Shown here: piece by piece, positions 8,709-16,975 of the stretch
Position numbering within the stretch: position 1 is the first letter of the stretch
Layout of the letters: each line of letters opens with the position of its first letter
Assembly (NCBI GenBank): GCA_965231075.1
Contig: OZ246412.1
Location: 553,787 to 617,786, forward strand
Direction: 5' to 3'
Length of the DNA stretch: 64,000 bases
Source: an uncultured Candidatus Saccharibacteria bacterium
Lineage (GTDB): Bacteria > Patescibacteriota > Minisyncoccia > RBG-13-40-8-A
The notes under the pieces: generated by a model
The model's database searches: none
What the model was told of the DNA's origin: nothing
Seen by the model: only the letters and a program-made list of their open reading frames with translations
Made by a program: the position numbers and the translations under genes

Positions 8709-10820
8709 ATGAATGTGAAAACATTTAAGACGGAGATTGAAGGAAAAGAACTCTCTGTCGAGTTGGGCAGATTAGCTCAACAAACCAATGGCTCAGCATT
8801 GGTGACCTATGGTCAAACAACCGTTTTAGCAACTGCGGTTCTGGGCAAAAACAAAAGTGAAAAAACTTACTTTCCTTTGACCGTCGATTACGAAGAAAGA
8901 TTTTATGCAATTGGCAAGATCAAGGGCAGTAAATTTATTAAAAGAGAAGGAAGGCCATCAGACGAGGCTATCTTAACTGGTCGAGTAGTTGATAGATCGA
9001 TTCGACCACTTTTTAATCAGAAATTAAGAAACGATTTACAGGTTGTTTTAACTGTCTTATCGTTTGATGGAGAAAATGACCCAGCGCTACCAGCACTTAT
9101 TGGTGCTTCGGTGGCTTTGTCTGTTTCCGATATACCATTTAATGGTCCAATCGCCGGAATTTCTGCCGGGCAAGACGATACCGGTAAATGGATTGTTACC
9201 TCAACATTGAGTGCAAAAGCCAAAACTGGTTCAGAAATTTTTGCCGCCGGAATTGAAAAAGATAAGGAAATTCTTTTAAACATGCTTGAGGGGCAAGGCA
9301 TACAGGTTCCCGAAGAACAGATGCTTGAAGGAATTGATCTTGTGAGAAAATATATTAAAAAGTTAATTGACTTTCAAAAAGATATTGTCAAAGAAATCAA
9401 GCCAGTTAAATTAGATTTAACTATCACAGAAATCGACGACGAGTTAAAAAATTTAATTGACAAATTTCTTGAGGACAAAATCGAAACAGCGATTTACCAC
9501 AAAGAAAAACAAACCCGAGTAAAACAATTAGAAGAAATTAATCAAGGTATTGAAGCATTGATTGAAGAAAAATATCCTGAAGAGACTAAAGGTAAGACGG
9601 CGTTAGTTATGGATTACCTTGAAGAAAAAATTGATGAAATCACTCATGTCAATATTCTTAAACACGATAAAAGACCGGATGGCCGAAAAATTGATGAATT
9701 AAGAAAATTAAGCGCCGAAGTGGGAATTTTGCCAAGACTACATGGATCAGGGATTTTCCAAAGAGGAGAAACTCAAGTGTTTTCTGCGGTTACCCTTGGT
9801 TCGCCTGGTTCAGAACAAATTTTTGACCAAATGGAAATTCAAGGCAAAAAGGGGTTTATGCATGACTATAATTTCCCCCCATTTTCTGTGGGTGAAGTTG
9901 GGCGCGTAGGAAATCCTGGCCGACGTGATATCGGTCATGGTGCATTAGCCGAAAAAGCATTGGCTGCAATCATTCCGTCAAGAGAAGAATTTCCTTATAC
10001 AATTAGGGTTGTGTCTGAAGTTTTGTCCTCAAACGGATCATCTTCTATGGCGTCAGTTTGTGGTTCGACGCTGGCACTAATGGATGCTGGAGTCCCTATT
10101 AAAGAAAAGGCAGCAGGAATTGCCATGGGATTGATGATGGATGGTGATAAATATAAGGTTTTGACCGATATTCAAGGACCAGAAGATCATTATGGCGACA
10201 TGGATCTAAAGGTTGCCGGAACCAAAAATGGAATTAACGCAATCCAAATGGACATTAAAATCGATGGAATTTCCATAGATATTCTAAAAGATGCATTTAA
10301 GCAAGCCAAAAAAGCACGTTTAGAAATTCTCGATGTAATCTCTAAAACAATTGATGCCCCTCGCGCAGAATTATCAACGTTTGCACCACGAGTCTATTCC
10401 ATAAAAATTAATCCTGCTAAAATTGGATTGGTCATCGGCTCGGGCGGAAAAACAATCAACGAAATCTCTACCGAAACCGGAGCAACTATTGAAATCGAGG
10501 AAGATGGAACGGTTTTTGTCACTTCTGAAAATGCTGATGGCGCCAAACAAGCGATCAGTAGAATTAAATCGATGACCCGAGAGGCAAAGTTGGGCGAAGA
10601 ATTTGAAGGGAAGGTAGTTAAAATAATGGAGTTCGGAGCATTTGTGGAATTGTTTTCGGGACAGGACGGATTGTTACATATTTCTGAACTATCATCTAAA
10701 AGAGTGGACAAAGTTGAAGACGTGATTAGACAAGGCGATATTGTTCATGTTAAAGTTAAGAAGATAGACGATAATGGCAAAATTAGTCTTGGTTTAATAA
10801 AAGTTATTTCAAAAAAATAA
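8709..10820 (+). CDS. pnp: polyribonucleotide nucleotidyltransferase (PNPase)
   Basis: FPLTVDYEER, RRDIGHGALA, SNGSSSMASVC, DMDLKVAGT, KH and S1 domains. Confidence 0.97.
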   Translation: MNVKTFKTEIEGKELSVELGRLAQQTNGSALVTYGQTTVLATAVLGKNKSEKTYFPLTVDYEERFYAIGKIKGSKFIKREGRPSDEAILTGRVVDRSIRPLFNQKLRNDLQVVLTVLSFDGENDPALPALIGASVALSVSDIPFNGPIAGISAGQDDTGKWIVTSTLSAKAKTGSEIFAAGIEKDKEILLNMLEGQGIQVPEEQMLEGIDLVRKYIKKLIDFQKDIVKEIKPVKLDLTITEIDDELKNLIDKFLEDKIETAIYHKEKQTRVKQLEEINQGIEALIEEKYPEETKGKTALVMDYLEEKIDEITHVNILKHDKRPDGRKIDELRKLSAEVGILPRLHGSGIFQRGETQVFSAVTLGSPGSEQIFDQMEIQGKKGFMHDYNFPPFSVGEVGRVGNPGRRDIGHGALAEKALAAIIPSREEFPYTIRVVSEVLSSNGSSSMASVCGSTLALMDAGVPIKEKAAGIAMGLMMDGDKYKVLTDIQGPEDHYGDMDLKVAGTKNGINAIQMDIKIDGISIDILKDAFKQAKKARLEILDVISKTIDAPRAELSTFAPRVYSIKINPAKIGLVIGSGGKTINEISTETGATIEIEEDGTVFVTSENADGAKQAISRIKSMTREAKLGEEFEGKVVKIMEFGAFVELFSGQDGLLHISELSSKRVDKVEDVIRQGDIVHVKVKKIDDNGKISLGLIKVISKK

Positions 10821-10824
10821 CAAT

Positions 10825-12072
10825 ATGTCACAACAAAATAACGATCAAATCAACGCCCTACCCGAATACGAGGTCAGGACAATGAAAGACGATCTTAATA
10901 AAGTAGAGGGAAGGGCAATTCAACCGAAATTGGTGAATTTAAAAGTACCTGAAATACAAGTTCCCAAGCCATCAATAAAAATTGATGAACCACCAAAGGA
11001 ATTGCCGATTGTGGATAAAATCGAAAAACCCACAGAGCCCACAATTAAGACGTTTCCCAAACAATCGTTATCAGAAGAAATTGACAACATTCTTAACGCC
11101 CCTGGATTTGAACCAAAGCCTGAGCCCAAATCAGAGATTAAGCCAAGCGTCGAATCAAAAACAAACACACCGGAAATCGTAACACCAAAAATAACAATCA
11201 ATGAGACCAAAAAATCCTCTTTACCGGATATTGAGGATTTTATTGTCCCCGCGCCACCCGTTCCACCGCCCGCGCCCACACCTAAACCTAAACCATTAAT
11301 GCCTGTCCCTCCGATCACTGAACCGATTTCAATTGAAACCACGAAGTTTATAAAATCTGAAAATAACGAAATAGAAAGAACGATTAAAACCCACAAAACA
11401 AAAAAAATATTAACAATTCTGGGAATTATAATTATTGTGGGATTGATTGCTGGACTTGGATATTGGTTAATTACAAAACCTAGACCAACAGAACCAGAAC
11501 CACCAGTTATTGAACAACCAGAAACTCCTGCATCGTTAATTAGAGTTGATGAGACTAAGGTCTTTAAAATGGAAAATAATTCTTCCCTAGTCGATATCTT
11601 AATCAATGAAGAAAATTCTGGACAACCAGAAAAGACTCTTAAGAGAATTGTGCCAACAAAAATCAATGGAAAGGCTTTGTCTCTAAATGAATTGATCCAA
11701 GAATTACAAATCTATATTCCTCCATATACACTGGGAGAATTAAATAAAAATTACACATTAGTTGCATATAAACAAGGCAACCAACAGAGGTTAGGATTGA
11801 TTATTGAGATAAAGAACTTGCCAGGATTCATCGAAAAATCCAGATCGTGGGAGAATACAATGACTTGGAACTTCCAAGGAATATTTTTAAATCATCAGCC
11901 CAACAACCTGACCGTGAAAGGATTTTCCGACTACAAATACAACGAAATAAATGTTCGCTTCGTTAATCTCGCTGTCCCCGAACTGTCTATCGATTACGCG
12001 ATTCTGAATAATTTATTTGTGGTATCTACTAGTCGAGAATCGATGCGCAATATCATCGATAGATTAAAATAG
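10825..12072 (+). CDS. hypothetical protein with Pro-rich N-terminal region and single TM anchor
   Basis: VRTMKDDL start motif, P/E/K-rich tract, hydrophobic ILTILGIIIIVGLIAGLGYWL segment. Confidence 0.7.
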   Translation: MSQQNNDQINALPEYEVRTMKDDLNKVEGRAIQPKLVNLKVPEIQVPKPSIKIDEPPKELPIVDKIEKPTEPTIKTFPKQSLSEEIDNILNAPGFEPKPEPKSEIKPSVESKTNTPEIVTPKITINETKKSSLPDIEDFIVPAPPVPPPAPTPKPKPLMPVPPITEPISIETTKFIKSENNEIERTIKTHKTKKILTILGIIIIVGLIAGLGYWLITKPRPTEPEPPVIEQPETPASLIRVDETKVFKMENNSSLVDILINEENSGQPEKTLKRIVPTKINGKALSLNELIQELQIYIPPYTLGELNKNYTLVAYKQGNQQRLGLIIEIKNLPGFIEKSRSWENTMTWNFQGIFLNHQPNNLTVKGFSDYKYNEINVRFVNLAVPELSIDYAILNNLFVVSTSRESMRNIIDRLK

Positions 12073-12226
12073 GAACTTGTCCTATAACTGCGGGGTGGGG
12101 ATAACTTGTTTAGAACATTATTTTAGAAAAACAAAATTCGTCGATGTCAAGAGCAAAAACACTCTATTTTGGCTCTAAAAATACAATATTGTCTCGAAAC
12201 CTTGATATTGACGAAATCAACAAAAC

Positions 12227-12235
12227 TTATCCACA
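12227..12235 (+). promoter_or_regulatory. perfect DnaA box
   Basis: TTATCCACA two nt before the comM ATG. Confidence 0.55.
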
Positions 12236-12237
12236 AT

Positions 12238-13773
12238 ATGAATAAAGTTTATTCAGCGGCAATCACAGGGCTTGAAGCTGAACCCATAGAAGTGGAGGCA
12301 GATTTATCGTCTGGGCTCCGCTTTTTTAGTATTGTCGGCCTTCCCGATAAGTCGGTTGAAGAGTCCAAAGAAAGAATCGCTGCTGCGATTAAAAATAGTG
12401 GCGCCGAACCACCCCACAAACAAAATAAGCGCGTGATTATCAATCTCGCACCCGCCGATTTACGCAAAGAAGGTTCGGGATATGATTTACCAATCGCTTT
12501 AAGTTTTTTGTTGTCCTCTGAACAAATTAAATTTGATCCTAACGATAAAATTTTTATTGGCGAACTGGCTTTAAATGGCGAGGTGCGTAGAGTTAATGGA
12601 GTTTTGCCGATGTGTTTAATGGCCAAAGAAAAAGAAATTAAAAATGTTTTTATTCCTAAATCAAATAGTAATGAAGCGCGATTGGTCGATGGTTTAAATA
12701 TTTATCCTGTGGATTCGTTGGCAGAGTTAATTGGATTTTTAGAAAATCGAATTGAGATTATTCCGCTCGAACCATTAAATGAGGATTTTTTGGAGGGATT
12801 TGAAACTGCGTTTCAGGCAACGGTTGATATGGCCTATATTAAGGGCCAAGAAAATGCTAAACGCGCATTAGAAATTGCCGCCAGTGGAAATCATAATGTT
12901 CTGATGACTGGCCCACCAGGTTCAGGAAAAACTTTACTCGCCAAGGCGATTCCCACGATTTTGCCAAAAATGTCTTGGTCGGAAATGTTAGAAGTAACTA
13001 AAATTTATAGTGTATCGGGAAAGCTTTCACATAAAAAACCCTTAATTCATCAGAGGCCATTTCGCTCCCCTCATCATAGTGCCTCCGAAGCGAGTTTGAT
13101 TGGGGGCGGGGGATTTGCTAGGCCGGGAGAGATAACTTTGGCGCATAGGGGAGTTTTGTTTATCGACGAATTCCCGGAAGTGCATCGCGATGTTCTGGAA
13201 AGCTTAAGACAACCACTTGAGGATGGAGTTGTGCATGTTTCACGAGCGAAAGCGAGTTATAGTTTCCCGTCTCGATTTATTTTAATTGCGGCAATGAACC
13301 CTTGCCCTTGCGGATATTACGGCGATCCCGAAAAACAGTGCACTTGCAATCAGCAACAAATTAGCAAATATCAACGCAGAGTTTCTGGACCAATTATGGA
13401 TAGAATTGATTTATATGTCGAAGTGCCACATGTTAAATACGAAAAACTGACCGACGAATCAGTTGAAGGTTCAAGCGAAGAAATTCGACAAAAAGTGGAG
13501 AAAGCGAGAAAAATTCAATTAGAAAGATTTAAAGACGACCACATTGTTACTAATTCAGAAATGAATATTCCGTTAGTTAAAAAGCATTGTCAGACCGACG
13601 CACGAGGTGAAATGTTGTTAAAAAACGCCGTAAATAATCTACATATGTCTGCGCGTGGTTACCATCGTATTTTAAAACTTGCTCGCACCATTGCTGACCT
13701 CGCCGACTCGCCCAACATCACTCATATCCACATTGCCGAAGCACTACAATATCGACCGAAGATGGAAATATAG
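12238..13773 (+). CDS. comM: ComM/YifB Mg-chelatase-like AAA+ ATPase
   Basis: IVGLPDKSVEESKERI, INLAPADLRKEGSGYDLPIA, GPPGSGKT, RPFRSPHHS, AMNPCPCG, SARGYHRILKLARTIADL; ATG 12238 preferred. Confidence 0.93.
   Translation: MNKVYSAAITGLEAEPIEVEADLSSGLRFFSIVGLPDKSVEESKERIAAAIKNSGAEPPHKQNKRVIINLAPADLRKEGSGYDLPIALSFLLSSEQIKFDPNDKIFIGELALNGEVRRVNGVLPMCLMAKEKEIKNVFIPKSNSNEARLVDGLNIYPVDSLAELIGFLENRIEIIPLEPLNEDFLEGFETAFQATVDMAYIKGQENAKRALEIAASGNHNVLMTGPPGSGKTLLAKAIPTILPKMSWSEMLEVTKIYSVSGKLSHKKPLIHQRPFRSPHHSASEASLIGGGGFARPGEITLAHRGVLFIDEFPEVHRDVLESLRQPLEDGVVHVSRAKASYSFPSRFILIAAMNPCPCGYYGDPEKQCTCNQQQISKYQRRVSGPIMDRIDLYVEVPHVKYEKLTDESVEGSSEEIRQKVEKARKIQLERFKDDHIVTNSEMNIPLVKKHCQTDARGEMLLKNAVNNLHMSARGYHRILKLARTIADLADSPNITHIHIAEALQYRPKMEI
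13523..13773 (+). repeat. 251-bp direct repeat, copy 1 (comM 3' end)
   Basis: Aligns without gaps to 15158-15408 with 11 mismatches. Confidence 0.95.
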
Positions 13774-13792
13774 TTATCCACAATATTAACTA

Positions 13793-13822
13793 TTGACAAA
13801 CATATCATATATGATATATACT
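13793..13822 (+). promoter_or_regulatory. TA-module promoter with palindromic operator
   Basis: TTGACA(13793)...TATACT(13817); perfect palindrome ATATCATA-TATGATAT (13802-13817) lies in the spacer; DnaA box TTATCCACA at 13774-13782. Confidence 0.65.
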
Positions 13823-14188
13823 GGTTCTAGTGAATATAAAGTAAAATTTTATACAGATCCAAAAACCGGAAAGAGTTTTGTGTTCGAATATATTGATGAT
13901 TTGGACGAAAAACAAAAAGCCAAAGTATTAAAATTTATTGAATTTTTAAGAGAACACGATGGCGTATTGGACGAACCGTTTTCAAAACACATTAAGGGCA
14001 AAATTCGCGAATTAAGAGTTGATTTCGGTAAAAACAAACATAGAATATTTTATTTTACGTTTATCAATAAGAACATTGTACTGCTTCACGCGTTTTTGAA
14101 GCACACACAGAAGACTCCCCTTAGTGAAATACGGACTGCCGAAAATAACTATTATATTGTAGTTAATAATCCAAAAATTTATGAATAA
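13811..14188 (+). CDS. type II toxin, RelE/HigB (Gp49-like) family
   Basis: EPFSKHIKGKIRELRV...HRIFYF...IVLLHAFLKHTQKTP; start codon uncertain. Confidence 0.88.
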   Translation: MIYTGSSEYKVKFYTDPKTGKSFVFEYIDDLDEKQKAKVLKFIEFLREHDGVLDEPFSKHIKGKIRELRVDFGKNKHRIFYFTFINKNIVLLHAFLKHTQKTPLSEIRTAENNYYIVVNNPKIYE

Positions 14189-14471
14189 AAAAATAAAGGC
14201 AAGAGATTTCCAAAAATATCTTGCACAACAATTAAAAAATCCTCGGTTTAAGAAACATTACGACGACTATGGTAAACAATTGGAAATTGCTTACCAGATT
14301 TTACAATTACGAAAACAGAAAAACATCTCTCAGTTACAGCTGGCCAAAAAACTCAAAACCAAACAAAGCAACATCGCTCGAATCGAAGCTGGCAAACAAA
14401 ACTTAAGCATCCAAACCATCGACAGTATTGCCCGCGCATTAAATAGTGATTTTACTCTTAATTTTTCTTAA
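14181..14471 (+). CDS. HTH (Xre/HigA-like) antitoxin
   Basis: LRKQKNISQLQLAKKLKTKQSNIARIEAG; overlaps toxin stop, toxin-first order. Confidence 0.88.
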   Translation: MNKKIKARDFQKYLAQQLKNPRFKKHYDDYGKQLEIAYQILQLRKQKNISQLQLAKKLKTKQSNIARIEAGKQNLSIQTIDSIARALNSDFTLNFS

Positions 14472-14488
14472 GAATTAAATATAAATTT

Positions 14489-14623
14489 ATGATAGGCAAT
14501 ATTATTCTAGGTGCTTTAATTTTATCTCTTGCTTGGTATTTTGGAAAATGTATAAGCAATCTTTTCGACAGAATAGACAAACTTGAACACGAATTAATAT
14601 CTCGGATAGAAAAAAGCAAATAA
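14489..14623 (+). CDS. 44-aa single-TM small protein
   Basis: MIGNIILGALILSLAWYFGKCISNLFDRIDKLEHELISRIEKSK fills the gap between antitoxin and NUDIX; below ORF-track cutoff. Confidence 0.55.
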   Translation: MIGNIILGALILSLAWYFGKCISNLFDRIDKLEHELISRIEKSK

Positions 14624-14627
14624 ATTT

Positions 14628-15152
14628 ATGGGGCAATCAATTAGAAAAAACCGTCCCAAAGAAGGAGGACGGGTTTTTAGAAGGGGCGTTTCCGTGCTTA
14701 TTGTAAACAATAAAAATGAATTTTTGCTTATAAATCTACAATCTTTTGCGGAGCATTTTTTCGCTGTTCCTGGTGGCGGGATAGAAAAAAACGAATCTTT
14801 AATTGATGCTGCGTATCGAGAAATACAAGAAGAGCTCGGAATACGCAAATCATTTCTTGAGTTCGTCGGAGAGTGTAAAAAACCAAATAAGTTTACGTTT
14901 AAAGTGAAGAAACTTAATCGTGATGGCGTTATATATGACGGACAAGAAAGATATTTTTTTGGTTTTAAATTCACAGGAGGTGATAGTGAAATTAAATTAC
15001 GATCAGAAGAGGTGCGCAGATATAAATGGGTTACATACGAAAATCTAAAAAATTATCTTTTGTTTGATAATCAGTTACAGGCAACATTAGAGAAATTGTT
15101 AGAGTTATTTCCCGATGCCCGTAGCGAAAAAAGAAAATGGCGTCAAAAATGA
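14628..15152 (+). CDS. NUDIX hydrolase (RppH-like)
   Basis: Nudix box PGGGIEKNESLIDAAYREIQEELGI, YDGQERYFF. Confidence 0.88.
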   Translation: MGQSIRKNRPKEGGRVFRRGVSVLIVNNKNEFLLINLQSFAEHFFAVPGGGIEKNESLIDAAYREIQEELGIRKSFLEFVGECKKPNKFTFKVKKLNRDGVIYDGQERYFFGFKFTGGDSEIKLRSEEVRRYKWVTYENLKNYLLFDNQLQATLEKLLELFPDARSEKRKWRQK

Positions 15153-15157
15153 GGTTA

Positions 15158-15408
15158 AAAGATTTAAAGATGACCACATTGTCACAAATTCAGAAATGAA
15201 TATTCCATTAGTCAAAAAGCACTGTCAGACCGACGCACGAGGTGAAATGTTGTTAAAAAACGCCGTAAATAATCTACATATGTCTGCGCGTGGTTACCAT
15301 CGTATTTTAAAACTTGCTCGCACCATTGCTGACCTCGCCGACTCACCCAACATCACTTATATCCACATTGCCGAAGCACTACAATATCGACCAAAAATGG
15401 AAATATAA
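15158..15408 (+). pseudogene. duplicated comM 3' fragment (direct repeat copy 2)
   Basis: Encodes RFKDDHIVTNSEM...YRPKMEI, identical to the ComM C-terminus except one H>Y; lacks the ATPase domain. Confidence 0.85.
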
Positions 15409-15433
15409 AGGACCACTTATCGAGTGGTCCTTT
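15407..15433. terminator. intrinsic terminator hairpin
   Basis: AAAGGACCACT-TATCG-AGTGGTCCTTT. Confidence 0.7.
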
Positions 15434-15684
15434 TGAGCTTGACGCAGGGAAAGTAAAAAGCATGACCGCTTAACATTCGTTCCCCCGTTTTTTTTGTCTG
15501 TGCAGATGTCTTCCAATAGACGCAAGGTGCAGGCAATAAATCCCTTCCCATCGAACGAACTTTTACCGTGGCTAACGAATTCAACTTTCTTGCCTGTAAA
15601 ATTTTCTCTCGCCTCGGAATGAAACCCTCCCTGTCCCAGTTCGACAATTTCACATTCATCTCCGGGATTAAATTTTCTTTGCAT
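15417..15684 (-). CDS. small hypothetical protein, apparently frameshifted at an A8 run
   Basis: AAGGAGG SD before ATG 15684; removing one A at 15488-15495 joins it to ...TGERMLSGHAFYFPCVKLKRTTR*, ending in the hairpin. Confidence 0.5.
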
Positions 15685-15717
15685 GTGTTCCTCCTTAATT
15701 AAAATATAACATGGAAT

Positions 15718-15750
15718 TAAAAAATCCCCCGCAACACGGGGGATTTTTTA
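15718..15750 (-). terminator. intrinsic terminator
   Basis: TAAAAAATCCCCCG-CAACA-CGGGGGATTTTTTA at the LysM gene stop. Confidence 0.8.
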
Positions 15751-16749
15751 GTAAATGTATCCTCTAATTCGCCAATCATCTTGATTTAAGATTCTCACAC
15801 GCTTAATACCGCGCCCCAAACTCATTTCAGAAATTGTAATTGTGTCTTCTCCTACTGCCTCAACATAAGCAACGTGTCCATAAACGCTTTCTTTAGTTGA
15901 AACGATCGCCCCAACTCTTGGTTCGGTTCCGGTTTCAAATCCATATTGTGGGGCTTTTCCTAACCAGGTCTTAGCATCTCCATTCCAAGGAATGTATCGT
16001 TTCTGGGCAACGTACCAGGTACATTGACCCCAGGGAAATCCATGACTCGTATCTCCATATGGTCCAAGCTCTTCGGGAGTATAAGAAGCATATGATCTTG
16101 CTTTTGCAGGGATAAATTGAATTGGTTTTTGGCCGTCGGGAATAATAATTTCTTGTCCAATAGCCAAGACGCCATTGGCTGGCAAACCATTTAAATCGAT
16201 AGTTTTCTCTGTGTTTCCTTTATACGTTTTAACAATACTATCTAATGTATCGCCCTTCTTAACCGTATGCTTTACTCCTGATACTGGCAAAATTGATAAT
16301 TTTTGACCAACTTTAATCTTACTGGTTGGAGTTAAATCGTTGGCCCAAAGTAAGGTGTTGGTTGTAATTCCAAACATCGAAGCAATTTCTGAAGGAATGT
16401 CCCCTTGCTGAACTTCGTAGACAATGACACTGCCTCTGCCCGACGAAGAAAACGGCGAAACCGCTGCCGGAGAATTATGGGCAACAAAAGAATTGTCTTG
16501 TATTAAGACACTAGAATCTTTAAATGACTCATCGACAAAATATGACTCTTCGACTATTTCCTCGTAAGGATTTAAATAGTCCGAAGCATACACACAAGAA
16601 CCGCTTATGGCTGAATTTATGTCTTCTTGGTCTGTATCAAAATTACCATTAAAACTTCCGGCGATCGTTGTGGTTACGAATAAAACCATTAAGACAATAA
16701 AAATAACTGCTGCTACCCTAAAATATGGGGTTTTGAGCAGTTTTCCCAT
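15748..16749 (-). CDS. LysM + CHAP peptidoglycan hydrolase
   Basis: N-terminal TM, two LysM repeats (YEVQQGD, HTVKKGDTL), CHAP FPWGQCTWYV...YGHVAYVE...ISEM. Confidence 0.9.
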   Translation of the reverse strand: MGKLLKTPYFRVAAVIFIVLMVLFVTTTIAGSFNGNFDTDQEDINSAISGSCVYASDYLNPYEEIVEESYFVDESFKDSSVLIQDNSFVAHNSPAAVSPFSSSGRGSVIVYEVQQGDIPSEIASMFGITTNTLLWANDLTPTSKIKVGQKLSILPVSGVKHTVKKGDTLDSIVKTYKGNTEKTIDLNGLPANGVLAIGQEIIIPDGQKPIQFIPAKARSYASYTPEELGPYGDTSHGFPWGQCTWYVAQKRYIPWNGDAKTWLGKAPQYGFETGTEPRVGAIVSTKESVYGHVAYVEAVGEDTITISEMSLGRGIKRVRILNQDDWRIRGYIY

Positions 16750-16935
16750 AAAACTACTAGTTGTTTGAATCTTATAAATAGGTTTGAGGTTAAACTGATT
16801 ACCTAAAATAAAAAATACCTAACTGAGTTTTGGTATTTCTAATACTATCATAAAAATAGATCCCTGTCAAGCAAAATTCGGTAAAATTTATGCCCGTGTT
16901 ATACTTAATTTATGGACGATATTTTGATTAATTTG

Positions 16936-16965
16936 CCAGCCCGAGGCTGGTCCGCCTTGGGCGGA
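16936..16965. repeat. tandem GC-rich double hairpin (REP-like)
   Basis: CCAGCC-CGA-GGCTGG then TCCGCC-TTG-GGCGGA, 10 nt upstream of pcrA. Confidence 0.55.
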
Positions 16966-16975
16966 AATCCATCAT

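Noticed and set aside
11010-11018. Perfect DnaA box (TGTGGATAA) inside the Pro-rich gene
   Set aside because: Intragenic and isolated; compatible with chance codon usage (IVDK)
10920-11666. 248-aa antisense ORF and the many other shadow ORFs in the track
   Set aside because: They lie opposite or within well-supported genes and have no recognisable motifs; low-complexity Pro-rich DNA explains the long open frame
13523-15408. comM tail duplication as a DGR template/variable repeat pair
   Set aside because: Mismatches are not restricted to adenines (several C/T changes), are almost all synonymous, and no reverse transcriptase is present
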